Positions 41,420 to 54,840 of a DNA stretch of 64,000 nt are shown piece by piece (the first letter of the stretch is position 1; each line of letters opens with the position of its first letter). Under the pieces are notes generated by a model. That model saw only the letters and a list, made by a program, of their open reading frames with translations. It made no database searches and was not told the DNA's origin. Location: assembly GCA_964016885.1 (NCBI GenBank), contig OZ024746.1, forward strand, positions 80,662,001 through 80,726,000, given 5' to 3'. Position numbers and translations under genes: made by a program. This DNA is from Eledone cirrhosa (lineage: Eukaryota).

Positions 41420-41959
41420 TAGGGGGTGTGCAACATATTCCATTGGCGGACCACTTTTGAACACTGGAACAACTATTAGGGTCATTAATATTTATTGAGC
41501 ACTATTCCAAAGATTCACCACAACTCCTTTCCATAACATGGAACTGGGAAATTATAACACACATAACCCTATCAGTGAAGCCCTTTAGTATAGGTCAACT
41601 GGGAAATTATAACACACATAATCCTATCGGTGAAGCCCTTTAGTATAGGTCAACTGGGAAATTATAACACACATAACCCTATCAGTGAAGCCCTTTAGTG
41701 TAGGTCAACTGGGAAATTATAACACACATAACCCTATCAGTGAAGCCCTTTAGTATAGGTCAACTGGGAAATTATAACACACATAACCCTATCAGTGAAG
41801 CCCTTTAGTGTAGGCCAACTAACAGAAAATTGTATTATGGTTACGAAAAAAATTCTAAATAAGCCTACAAGGTAAAAATTAAAAACGGTCATCGCGGGCC
41901 ACTCTAACTGGTCTGGTGGGCTAGATTGTGGCACACAGGCCACCTGTTGCATGCCCCTA
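41420..41959. mobile_element. hAT (Charlie-like) non-autonomous element with internal 55-bp tandem repeat
   Basis: 8-bp TSD TTCTAGAG (41412-41419 / 41960-41967); TIRs tagggggtgtgcaac / gttgcatgccccta; five copies of caactgggaaattataacacacataaccctatcagtgaagccctttagtataggt at ~41542-41820. Confidence 0.88.
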
Positions 41960-42134
41960 TTCTAGAGTATTCCTTATATAAAACAAAATATAAGAGAACA
42001 ATTAAAATAAGGTATTAATTATCATTTCTGATTTATCTATATATGTTTGCTGACCAAATCTCTTTATGACTATATTGGTGGAATGGAACCGGATTGTTAA
42101 GTGAAGAGTTAATTTACTGATCAGTTCACTTTAT

Positions 42135-42300
42135 GACCATGTCAGTAGAATCTTCTGGGGAAATGTTTTCTCTATTCTGTCCACTGGGGCCACAGGGCAG
42201 CCAGCACGTGGGAGCCCATTTGTTCATAATAGTGAGAGATGGGGAGAATGGGAAGACGGAGGCAGTGACAGTGGGAGTTTGGTTCTTTTGTGTTTGGAAC
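42135..42300 (+). mobile_element. CRE-type 3' end fragment including 3' UTR
   Basis: ggaaatgttttctctattctgtccactggggcc..gtgggagcccatttgttcataat..gagagatgggga..gacagtgggagtt is colinear with 28430-28570. Confidence 0.75.
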
Positions 42301-45270
42301 TGGTATCTATACGTGTATATAAGAGAGAATGAACCCAGAAAAAAGTATTCAACATCTACGTACTATATACATCCTTGTTAAGTGAGGAGTAGTTGTCTAA
42401 CCCACTTTGATTCAATGCGAAATAACCATATGAATCATATTATGAATAAATTAAGTGCTAATATTTATCTTATATACTGCTAAAATATATCTTAACATCT
42501 TGAAATGATTTAGTAGAAAATATTAAAAAAACAGGTTTGTTTATTGAAATGTTTATAGCATCTTTATAGTTGACAAATCATTATGAAAATTTGCAGGAAG
42601 CGAAAGTAAGAACATTTATATTTAATGTGATGCAGTCATTGAGCTGTTTTGTACTTTTTAAGAATGTCTTGCTAATGTGGTTTAATGTGGTACAGGATGT
42701 TAAGAGTTAATATTAAACATTATAAACACTAAGTGTAAACAAGAATAGCAGTTCCACTCATGAGATATGAACCACACATATATTTATCATCTTCTTTTAG
42801 CATCCATTTACTCTCCTAGTAAGGGTTGGATATGTTGTCATAGACTGGTCAGTACAGAAGCAGAGCCACTGATCTCAAGGTGTGCCAGGGATTCAATATA
42901 TGATCCTGTGCTCTATCAAGTGCATTTTATCATGGCACTAACTTTAAGGAAGTTGTCAGGTCTTTGACACAGCTGAAGAGACTTCCCAACCTTTTGTTTA
43001 GATTTTCTATGGCTGGATACCTTTCGTATCACCAACCACTTTACAGAGTGTAATGGATCTGTTTATCATGATGATCACCAACACTAAAGAGGTTATCATG
43101 CCCTTGACATCATGTCTTCTTGACACTTTCAGCATGGTTTCTACAGCGGGTTGCCCTTCTTATCACCAACTACCTTACTACATTTTTTGTAGGACTGGGG
43201 AGGCAGACCTAGATTAAGTAGAATATTGGGATCTCTTTTTGATTGATTGCATTATTGATTTCACTGAAAAAAAAAGTACATATACAAAATAACTGGACAT
43301 TATTTTTTTTTCAGTTTAAACATTAGTTTAATAATTAAAGTGTAAATAATTTATTTATTTTTATTCATCATTAGTCCTGTTTTAACCTGCTTGTAGATGT
43401 TAACAAATGTGCAGGCATGTAAACATACACCTACTATGTAAACTACAAATATGTTTTTGATGAGAGAAAAAAACATTTTCATAGATTATTAATATAGAAC
43501 ACTAGTAGAAGTTTGTTTCTGAAATATTTAGATAATATTTTTTTATCTTCCTGAACCATTGAACTAGTGAAAAACATTATACAAACAGGTAACAGCAATA
43601 TTTATCTATAACACTTTACATTCTGTGATCTATTTTGAAATTATAAATGTATTCTTGAATAAAGGAATATAGTTTATCAACCCCTCCTCTCCATGCCAAA
43701 GAATAATTTTAGTTTTGTTTGAAGATTAATGTATATAATGGTATATATTTAAAACATATCAGTCAGGCAAACAATTTGGTGTGTGTGTGTATTATATGCA
43801 AGGTTGATTCAATAAAATCTGCTCGAATATTGAAATAATATGACATTATATATTTTTATAGTAGAAATAATGTATTCTATATGTAGGTAACTATATTAAT
43901 AAAACTATTTTAATGTATTGCTATTTGTTTGAATTTAAATGCCCGTTTTTCCAGATTCAAACAGATGTTAAATAACAAAACATTATCAAGTATGTGTAAT
44001 TTAAGTAAAAGGCAGGAAATGATGCCACATAATATACAACTAGGTCAGGGAATTCAAAGGTAGGAGAAAGGTTGAAAAAAAAAATGAAATCAAATCAAAT
44101 TTTAGCTAGCCTCCTATGAGGTTGTGTCACTTGGGAGGTTTCTAGGGTGTTTTAATGATAGGGCATTTTAATTCATAGTCCTACTATGAAAAGCAGCATG
44201 AAATGAAGTGTTTTGCTCCTGAACAAAGTCCATTCCAGGAATTGAACCCTATAATTGTGAGTCTAACACCCTAACCATTAGGCCATGCATCTTCACAAGA
44301 AAGTTTTTAATTCAAGAATAGCTTAGTTGACCCTAAGAAATTTAGGAAATTGCTAAACTTGTAATAGAAGAGCAATGAAGTGGTGTCAGATTGTTTGTAA
44401 AGTGGTTTAACCCTTTCATTACAATATTTCTAATGAAAGACACTGTTTATGATTTTCAAATTATTTTGAAAATAATCAAAAGTAGTAATATAACTAAGTT
44501 TCCCATTATTAAGTTGGTGTTTGAAGCATGACATAACAAAGGTTCTTTTAAGAAATTTTTGGAAGGATTTTATATAAATATCATCATCAGGTACCAGGTC
44601 TGTTCCAGATGTTGGCAATCATGGCTCTCCAGTCCTTCCTGTTGCCAGTGTTCCAGATGAGGTTGCTCTTTCTTGTCCTATTTCCATTGACAGATTTGTT
44701 CAAGCTGTCAGTAAATGTTTACCTTCACCAGCTAAATATTCCATGCATTTCATCCATGTCAAATATCTTTCCTGTCCAACATATGCATACAAGCATGAAG
44801 CTGGACACACTCTACGTCTGATCTCCCACAATGCCGTTGCCATGACAAAAAGCATTAAATCCACCCTGTATGCTGATATGATGCCTCAACAACAAAAGCA
44901 CTTGGTCCATTCTGTAAGGTGGTTGTTGGTTGTGTTGGTAACATGAGAAAAACAGAAACTAGTCCACCCTGTAAGCCGGTCATGCTGATGACTCAACAAA
45001 AAGCACCCAGCCTACTCTGTAGTGTGGTGACATGAAAAGAAAGCACCCAGTTCAGTCTGTTAGATGATTGTTTTGATGCCACGATAAAAAACATTCTGTC
45101 TACACTGTAACGTGGTTGGCATTAGGAAGGTCATCCAGCTGTAGAAACTAATACAGATCCATATGAGATCAAAACGTGGAGCAACTAACCTGGCTTGTCT
45201 CATAGTGTGACAACCCATCTAAGACATGCAAGTGTGAAAAAATAGACATTAAATGATGATGACGAGGATG

Positions 45271-45346
<76 letters not shown>

Positions 45347-46296
45347 TTTCGAGTTGAGAAATCAAATTTTCAAACAACTTTCTGATTATTACTAAAGCAA
45401 AGAAAGAGAGGGTGTAGAGGTGTGTGTGTGCGCACGCGCGGGCGTGTGTGTGTGTGTCTGTATTAGAGGGAGCCTTATCATTATTAGAAAGATTCTCAGT
45501 AAGGTTTATCTTTTTGATAAACTTGTTTGTATTATGATTTAAATGGGATTAGAATTAATCCTATAATCAAAGGAATATTATAGATTATTGAAGCCTTATA
45601 TGCAACCTCTCTCACCATTACTGTCTAAGCCAGTCAGGTAAGTGAGTACATAGGTGAATAAAATAATTGTAGTAGCAGGCCACTCACAAATAATAATAAT
45701 TTTCCTTTGATATATTTAGTAGACATGGACTCCAAAAGCCATATTGATGGCAATCCATCTAAGAGAGCAGTCACATGGAATAGAAACTGACACAGAGTAG
45801 AGAAGTCCTGAAAAGCAATCTTACTAGTGTTAGTAGTATGAGGTGTGATAAAATGCAATCAGTCCATGCTGTAAAATGGTTGTTGAAAGGAAGGGTGTCT
45901 AGCAAATAAATAAATAAATAAATAAAAGCTACTGAAACCATGAAAAGTAAATTTTGGTGAAAATATGTTGGTGCATATAAGATCAGTAAGTCCTTCAGTT
46001 GTGTTTTTTTAGTTAAATTATCTTCATAGGAATTACACATGTAACTTATGTATTTCTTAGACTGGAGAGTTCCTATAAGACTGTCAATGTAGATTATCTC
46101 AATTAATCCCTCTCCAACCAACATTTTATTAACTCTGGTGTACTCCAAGGTTTAGTGAGGGAACATAGCTTAGTGTTTAAAATATTTGGCTCACAATCAT
46201 AAGGCATTGAGTTCAATTCTGGAATTAGGCAGTGCATTGTGTCCTTGAGCAAGACCATTCCAGTCCATTCAACTGGCAAAAATGAGTCGTTTAAAG

Positions 46297-46597
46297 AAGA
46301 GGTTCTCAAACCCCTCCTCACGGCCATGTAACACCCTCAGCGCCCACACCCCTATTTCTAGAGAAACCCGTCGACACGTAAATTGTAAATAATATATAAT
46401 AAATAAAATCGTTAATTTATATATAATAAATATGTACTATGTATGAATAAATATTATATATTTTTCATTTTATTATATTTATGTATAATATGTATCATTT
46501 GATATTTAATATACTACTATATCATCTCTACCACCCCCTTTAGTCCCTAATGCCCCCCCCCCCCCCCGGGCAGTAGCACCCACTTTCAGAACCTCTG
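46297..46597. mobile_element. hAT MITE inserted in a SINE
   Basis: 8-bp TSD GTTTAAAG (46289-46296 / 46598-46605); TIRs agaggttctcaaa / tttcagaacctctg. Confidence 0.85.
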
Positions 46598-46769
46598 GTT
46601 TAAAGGGTCAACCATGTCACACTGAATCTCTCTGAAAACTAAGTTAGGAGTACACGTGTTTGTGAAATCTTCAGCTACTTACACATTGTCAGAACTGATG
46701 AAGATTGAACAGCTGTCCATTAGTAAAGATATTCTATAAACATTCAATTAAAAAAAAAACTTTATATAT

Positions 46770-47086
46770 ATGGAGGCACATGGCTTAGTGGTTAGAGCAT
46801 TGGCCTTGCAATCGAAAGGTTGTGAGACCGGGTGATGTGTTGTTTTCTTGAGCAAGACACCACTTTATTTCACATTGCTCCAGTTTACTCAGCTGTAGAA
46901 ATGAGATGATAGGGACTGAGGTCCCTATCATTCCACTGCAAAGTGGTCGTGTAGGTCCCACGGCAAAAAAAGCACCCAGCACTCCCTGTAAATGAGGTTG
47001 GTGTTAGGAAGGGCATCCAGCTGTAGAAATCAAGCCAGAATCAGTTCCCGGGAAAATCAGACGTAAAATGAAATGATGATGATGAT
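46770..47086 (+). mobile_element. SINE with RTE-type tail (copy of 18564-18912 family)
   Basis: Near-identical to 18564-18912; ORFs 18578-18817 and 46785-46982 give the same pseudo-peptide. Confidence 0.85.
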
Positions 47087-47329
47087 ATATTTTCTGTTAA
47101 ATTATAAAAGGATGTTAAGAAATTGGAAATTTTGCCTCATTTCATTCAAGTTAATGTAATATTACTTCAGAATTAATGACTTGGTTACTCCAAAGGAAGT
47201 GGTAATAGATTGTGGATGATGTGTCCCTTTTAGATTTGGTTGACTCCTTTTAGCATTCTTAGTAATTCCTCCTCCTCCTCCTCCTTCTCCATTATCATTA
47301 TCATATTTACATTTAGGGAATTGGGCGGG

Positions 47330-47510
47330 GAATTGGCAGTATCGGTAGAGGGTTGGACGCCATGCTTTCTAGCATAGTTACGTCCCTTTACAGTCTGAGT
47401 TCAAATCCCGCCGAGGTTAACTTTGCCTTTCATCCTTACGGGGTCGATAAAATAAAGTACCAGTAATGTACTGGGTAATTGCTGGCCTTGTGCCTAAAGT
47501 AGAAACAATT
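47330..47510 (+). mobile_element. tRNA-derived SINE family A, young copy
   Basis: tggcagtatcggtagagg (A box), gagttcaaatcccg (B box), gcctttcatccttacggggtcgataaaataaagtaccag core with CpGs intact. Confidence 0.85.
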
Positions 47511-50500
47511 ATCATATTTACATTTGGATTCTCATGCTGGTATGGGATGGAGAGGACATTTTGAGGCAGTTTTATGCCATTTCTGACACCAACCCTTTTA
47601 GCTGCCTCTTACAATATGTATAGATACAGTTTACTTATACTAAAAGCTGGAACACACAAAACAATTATTCATATATTTTGTTCCTATGTACTTATACAAG
47701 CATGAGAACTCAGTCTTCTCCAGCTTCTGGAGCTGTATAACAGAATCAACCTGCCATTTTGATCTATAGCTTTAGGTCATAGTCTTCCTTTCATGCACCA
47801 AGAAAATAAAAGGTTCATATCTTATTGAATCATGCCTAAATATAGCCAACTTTATCTTAACATATCCACTTCAATTAAAATCTTTTGTGCTACACTAATG
47901 TTACCTGCTTTTATTTTACCATTATAAAGAGTTTTATTTTCTGTCTAAAGATATTATTTTGATTTCCAACTACTTATTTTCTATTGCAAATTTTAAATTA
48001 GTCTACTGATAGAAAAATCATAGTTTTCTCATCTGGAATGATGATTTCTTGGCCTGCCTGAAGATACAGCAGAAAATTAATATGAAAGCATCATTCTCAC
48101 AAGTGATGTCATTTTACAGTCAATCCTCTTAGTTTCTTCCAAAACCTATCCATACTTTGCTTTGCACTTGATTTTCTCTATTTAATATCATATGATTAAT
48201 GTTGGTCCAATGTATCTAGAGGCGATAGCTTCTATAAGCTATTTTTTTCCTAAATAATTATTATGTATCTTTCTTCCAAGCTATAACTTGTTGCTAAAAT
48301 TGAAATTAACAGACAGTAATTCATCTTCTACTTCATCACTTCTGTAGTTTAATAGGTATGGAAGTTGTTTTTCTTATATAGTATAGAAATTATTTTTTGA
48401 AAAAATTCCACATTTAAACAACTGGAAATGATTTGGCAAAATAGACATTAATTCTTTCATTTTTTGTTTCACTTTTTTAATGTTTTGACAGTAGTCTCTC
48501 ATCTTTTTATTTCGTTTTTCCTACCTGTTTACTTGATATAAAATAGATTTATTTAGTGGACCCCCCTTGTCTTTTTCTCTTTTATCATTCATCATCTGAA
48601 CTCTTCTGTTTTCACAAATAACTATTTTTTACATTACTCCTTTCTTTCGTCTTAATCCCCTCTCTCCCCACCCTTAGCTCATTTAAAAACACTATTCTGT
48701 TGTCAGTTAACATTCCTAATACAAACCAACCTTACAGTTTGTTAGGAGTCTAAAACAAACATCTATAAATATATATTTTATTAGATAACTGATGAATATC
48801 TAAAATAAAATATCCACTTAGCAGTATCCTCCTCAAAACAATCTCTTGTAGTTAGTAGCTGCTAATTCAAGATACTGTTTATGCTGGAATATTCTAGAGG
48901 AAATTTAGATCATATAATGAACACTGTAACATATTTTAGATATCTTCAGGTTAGGTATTACTCCCAAATACGTACATACTACTTTGTAAAATATCGCATA
49001 GTCTTGCATGAAATTATTCTTTCTCAACTTTCAGATAAGCTTGCTTTGATGTTTTCATTATCATTTCAAAGCCCAGACAGGTAAGAGTGCTTGGAGAACT
49101 AATATATGTATGTATATATATATATATATATATATAATAATAATAAATACACATATATACACACACACACACACACATATATATATACACAAGCACACAC
49201 ACATAATACACACACTGTAAACAAGACAATGCATTCAATACAGACGTTTTCTCTTCTGCTGGTCTTCTCTTATCATTTGTTAACCTTGGCAAAGCTGGGT
49301 TCCTCAGCTAGAATTACATATGTTTCACTGCCTATCAGCTCGAGGAATGATCAAATTATGTTCGTTCTTGACTCTGTAAGCTCCTCAGATATGTGTTCTA
49401 ACATGTAGACTCATGTCCAAAATAATTATATTATACACACACACACAGGGCTGCCCATCAATTTTTGTTTATCCAATTTCACTCATAAGGCATGGATTGA
49501 CTTGAACTTATGACAAATGACACTTGTCAAAGCCTCCATGTAGTGGGATTGAACCTGGAACCTAATGATTGCAAAACAAACTCCTTAACAATTCCACCAT
49601 GCTGTGTGTGTGTGTACATCTGTATGAAATTCTTTTTTGATTCCTTAGTCAGGGAAGGAAGAGCAGTAGCTATGACCCTTTTCAGTGCCTTGAACTGAAA
49701 ACTTGGCTTGTATGCTTGCAACTGAGTGGAATCTACTAAAGACACATAAGGGCTTCATGGTGGTAACTTAAAAAAGCTGCCATGTGGTGTACAACAGCTG
49801 TATATTACCTGGTAACTTTAACAGTGGTTTGGGGAATTTTCAAGTTTCCTTGAGTTGATCTGACTATCAGGTCCTTTCTTTTTATTGATATATATTTGTG
49901 GCAATATTATTTTAAATTGTAATCTACATTTCACAATCATTATTCATTTAAATATAATAAATGTAGTATAGTTAATACAAAGTATTGTGAAATATGTAAT
50001 AAATGACTGATAAGTTTCAAAAAGTTGGTACAATGCAGTAGAAATATATAAAGGCAAAGGATGACAAATATATTAAAACAAAGCAATGATTTACCTAATA
50101 TATTTCAACACAATATTTCAGGGCTAATACCCTCTTTTCAAATGTGAAATGGAAACAGTTCAAAATCAAAATGAATACTCAATGTGTTCTTACTTGTTTA
50201 CATGTCTGAAATAGGCATGCGTGGAGTCATTATAATAGTCAATCTAATATTTATCTGTATCTTTTCTGGTTGATGATAATGGCCTCTTTATTCTTATGTT
50301 ATTAAAATATATTTCTTATGTTATTCAAAGTCAACTGGATATTTGATGGAGTATATTCCTAATATTATGTAGTTTAATGTGAATCATGTGTAAACACAAT
50401 GTACTACAGAGCCAGAAAGACTCATCGAAGATCTTATCAAAGCCTAACATTAAAACAAGTGAATAAATACATAAATGAATAAATATACAAACATGAAATA

Positions 50501-50890
50501 AATGTTGACAAAGATGTTTTGAAATTTCTTATTCCATTCTTAATTAAAGCAGTTTAAGATCGTATAAAATAGTTTAAATAATGTATACATATTTAGAATG
50601 AATTAATTTATTGCCTGTTAAATGTTCCTTTTATTAGTAATCTGTTTCAAGTCTAATCCTCAATTTTTGGTTTATTAATTTTCATTGATTGATTAATGTT
50701 TGATACATATCTAGTAGGAAAAATGGATTTTAAATGATGATATTATTATTCTATTAATTTTTATTTTATCTAAAGTATATTTTCCTTTGATATATTTAAA
50801 GTGCAAATTACTGTAATTATCTTATAATAAATGCTTTCTACAATAAATATTTAAATATTTTTCCTTTTTTTTTTATTGATGTTTCTTTAG

Positions 50891-51784
50891 AAAAATGAGT
50901 TAGCGATATCAACATGGTACTTATAAACAAAAGCGATAAAAAGACCCATAGGAAATATTGAAGCGTTTAAAATCAAGCGTATCATTTAGCTTCGTACAGT
51001 AGGCAGATACAAACTTGCATGGTCACTCAATTTTATATACAGATACAAATGACCACTAACTGGATCATACTGAGCAGACTGGAGAGCAGTCAGTTTTTAT
51101 ACAGAGCATAGCTTCATAAGATTTTCAAGAAAACCATTGTTAGTAATTTCCATAACAAGTACAGAAAGTTCTGAGGAAAAATGATTATGAAGTGATAGAA
51201 GCTTGACACAAAGAAGTCAAAAATGATCCTAAGGCAAAAGTTTCAGTTGAGACTCATTATCATTTTTTATCCTGTTTACTGAGCCCTATCAACCCATGGC
51301 CAGGCAACAAGGCTTTCAAATATTTCGAACCCACATTGATACTTCAATCATACACTCCACTAATAACAGCAGATACAAGTGCCTCAGCAAAAAATAAACC
51401 CAAAAAACAAAACAAAAAAACAAAAAAAAAAACAAAGGCTCCCTAGGATTCATCAATCAACCTTATTGATATGTTCCTGCCTGTTTAATCTGATCTGTCA
51501 CCTTTACTGTTCTTCAAACAGAAGAACAGCCTAAACAATGTTTCCACATATGAAAAACTAAGTTTTCTCATTGATTATTATATTATACATATCTTGATGA
51601 CTGATATTTCCCAGTTCAGAGTTGGGTTCTTTGACATACATATGAAAGAGCAAGGGTTCATCAGCTAGAATAAGGTTGACATCTAATGATACCCCGACTG
51701 TTTTATCTGCTCTGAATACACTCAGACATAGTTAATGAGTTTGCAGCAAAGAAAGCTGAAAATATCGCCTGACTCTGCATTTTG
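50891..51784 (+). pseudogene. Possible decayed coding exon of unknown protein
   Basis: Polypyrimidine acceptor ending at 50890, donor GTGAGT at 51785, ATG at 50895. Protein-like stretches (VQKVLRKNDYEVIEA*HKEVKNDPKAKVSVETHYHFLSCLLSPINPWPGNKAFKYFEPTL; TYEKLSFLIDYY..FRVGFFDIHMKEQGFIS) are broken by many stops. Confidence 0.35.
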
Positions 51785-53389
51785 GTGAGTGTAATTTTAA
51801 AATATAGCTATGAAACATATTTATGTCAAAATTTAGAATACTATAATTGCTATGAAATACATTTTTTTCTTTGGGTGTCAGTTGTGTTATAGAAGTTGGC
51901 ATGCTGTGGCTAAACTGGGTAATAGATTAAATCTACCACTCAAATTGACTCTGGTCGTATTTGAACTCAGAAAACAAACAGCCAGAAGAAATACCATAAA
52001 GTTTCTCATCCAACACTCTAACAATTCTGCCAGCTCACCACTCTATACTGGTATTTTATTTATCAGCCCCAGAGGGGTGTAGGGCAAAATTGATCTTATT
52101 GCGATTTGAACTCAGATAATAAGGAGCAGTGTGTTGGTTGCCAGAACTTAGAGGATAAGAGACAAGGTCAGTGGCAACATGTGAGTGCTAATCTTCTTTT
52201 AGTGGAAGCAGTGGGTGAAGTAGGCTGTGTGTAAACAAACTTCCTATTTCTGTTCTAGCCACTTCTAGAACATGTGGAGTCAATTAGTCACTTAGTCTGA
52301 TAGAGCCAGCGATAAGGATTTCTGAAAATACTTTCTGGAAGTGAGGTCCATGGGCCCTTAATTCCCAATGGAATTGTAGGGGAATTATCGTGTCTTGGGC
52401 ATTGAAACCCAGTGGAGCCTATTCCTCTTCAATTCAGAGAAATTGATAGGGAACAAGAGAGAAATGAGGAAGAATCATATCAGAAGAATTGATCCCCGTT
52501 TTGAACTGGTATTTTATTTATCAATCTCAAAAGGATGAAGGGCAAAGTTAAATTTGGTGGAATTTGAACTCAGACCCCAGATAGCTGGAACAAATACCAC
52601 AAAGCACTCCATCCCACATTCTAACGACTCATTGCCACCCATTGTGGTAAGTTTTGATTAATATTTCTACCTCTTCATCTGAAGTTCTAACATTTCTGCT
52701 AGTTCACTGTCCATTGATCCAATGGTAAAATCTGTCAATCCAAAGATCAATAAATTTCTCCAAAGTTTGTATCAACTGGAAATCAGATATTTGTTAAGAC
52801 CTTATATCAACTATCAATTGCAAATATAAATATGCCCATTTTCACAATATTACAAGAAAACAAAAATAGTATAGAAGTGATAATTAATACAGTTAATCTA
52901 TTTTTAATCAGTGTTTTTGTTTTTACTTTACAAAAGTCCTATTTACATTTCCAGAAGAGACATTTTCAGTCTTTCAGTGCAGTTTGTACCAAATATAAAC
53001 TTTGTATGATCAGTTAATGGACATGAAGTTTTCTGATTGAATAATTTATTGATTCTGCTATATAAATCTTTTAATGCTTTACAAATACTTTCAACACACC
53101 GTTATCAACTATAATATCCAATTTCATATTTTTAACTCCTTCTGTAACCAATGCTTAGGTCAGTTAGTTTTTGGATAATTATAGTTTTGTTATTTATCAT
53201 TGTAGTCACTGTTATCGCTGTCATCATTGTTTTTACTACCATTTTTTTTAAATGTAATATTCTGTACCTAATTTTTTTATGAGATATGCTGTACCTATTC
53301 TAAAAACCGGCATGCAATGTCTGTATATTTATTTTTAATTCAAACAAAGATTATATTTTCACTTATCTTCCTTTATTGCAAACAGTAAT

Positions 53390-53570
53390 ATTCCTTTACT
53401 ATAAACATTTATTTACTATAAACATTTATCTTCCTTTAGTGTAATCATTTATCTCAATTTAATGTAAATACTTATCTCAATTTACTGTAAACACTTATCT
53501 TCCTTTACTATAAATACATATCTTCCTTTACTGTAAGCAAGTATCTTCCTTTACTGTGAACATTTATCGT
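53390..53570 (+). repeat. ~23-bp degenerate tandem repeat
   Basis: About 7 atttatcttcctttactgtaaac-like units. Confidence 0.75.
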
Positions 53571-54229
53571 TTCGCAAACTATAGGGTTTCATGGAACCAG
53601 GGTGTAATTTAAGTTTGTTGTTTAGCTCTAGGTCAGTCAAACAGAGGTATGATCAAAGATATTACAGCTATGACATTCCACATTTTTCTCAGATATAGTG
53701 TATTTGGGATTACATTTCCCAGCCTATTTTTTGAAAACAGTAGGGTGTGATATAAAGAAGATTTAAAGGCTATTTCTATGAGATAAAGCAATCACATAAA
53801 AGCACTCCCTGCAAGTAACTTTACCAGGTGAACTGAGATGATATAGAATAAAGTGACTTATCTAGAGTTACAACATAAAATATTTTGTGGTAGATTTGAA
53901 CTTTAAGGCTGTATTTCAACATCTTAATTACAACAACAACACAAGAAGTATTTTAAGACCATTTTCCTTCTAGAGCCGGACTTAGCCTTGTTGGGTTCCA
54001 TGACAAGATTTTCAATTTTGCTCGATTTTCTGTACACCCTTATCTCATTTTTGTTTCTTCCAGTCTTCTCTACTGCTCCATGTTCATCAACCATGTCTCT
54101 ATAAATCCTGGTACTTCTCAAACATACAGAATACATCTTCTTCAGTTTCAGTAACACTTCAATACCTTTGTAGCAATCTCATTTCGTTTCATTAAAACAT
54201 TTCAGTTCAAACCTTTTAATTCCAAGTTG

Positions 54230-54840
54230 GATAAATCTTAATATTCCCCATTCCTTCCATGCAAAGGAATTCCTCTTTTGCAGATGCAAGCTTAACTGGA
54301 GCAAGGCAATGAGATTTAACAAAAACTGGTGAGCAGTGTGTCTCAGTATTGCGTTGTATATTGTGCTTGACAGTGGAATCAAATGTAGGTGTTAACAATT
54401 TTGGAAAATGATGAAGAAAATTTGAATATTTAGGAGGTGGCATTAAAGAAAGACCTGACAGGTTGAATTCAGAATTGAAAACTTGAAGTGAAATATTTGT
54501 ACCACTGTCAGATAATCTTTTATTTTTAAAATCAATAACAATTTCATGAAAAATTAAAAACAATCTTCACACAGAATAGGCTCATTATATCTGCTACAAC
54601 AAAATTGTGTAGAAATGGATAGTTTGGACTTAAATCTACTAAAATCCATCTTGATCCCCAAGTGGAGATTTACATGCCATTAGCAGCAGTATGAGGATTG
54701 TGTGAGTGAAAAGGGAAAAAGGGGCACTTTGTCCTCCTCAGTTGACGGAGTGACCAACACTTCTGCTCCTATGTTTGTAGTCACCCTTATATGAAATAAA
54801 TACTTTCCCAATTATTGTTTACTCACAAAGAGAATTACAG
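54230..54840 (-). mobile_element. Ty3/Gypsy LTR-retrotransposon pol relic (aspartic protease to RT start)
   Basis: Minus strand NIGAEVLV (decayed DTGAEVS), TAANG..ISTWG..VDL..FVVADI..PILCED, VIDFKNKRLSD, VKHNI..TETHCSPVFVKSHCLAPVKLASAKEEFLCMEGMGNIK (cf. HHIETTGPPVFAKPRRLAPDKLAAAKAEF..M..LGII). Confidence 0.85.

Noticed and set aside
47330-47420. tRNA genes at A/B-box motifs
   Set aside because: They are SINE heads continuing into shared SINE bodies, and no full cloverleaf is present.
50891-51784. Selenoprotein or TGA-recoded ORF (15 in-frame TGA)
   Set aside because: TAA and TAG stops occur in the same frame; the TGA excess is better explained as an off-frame shadow or decay, and no SECIS was identified.
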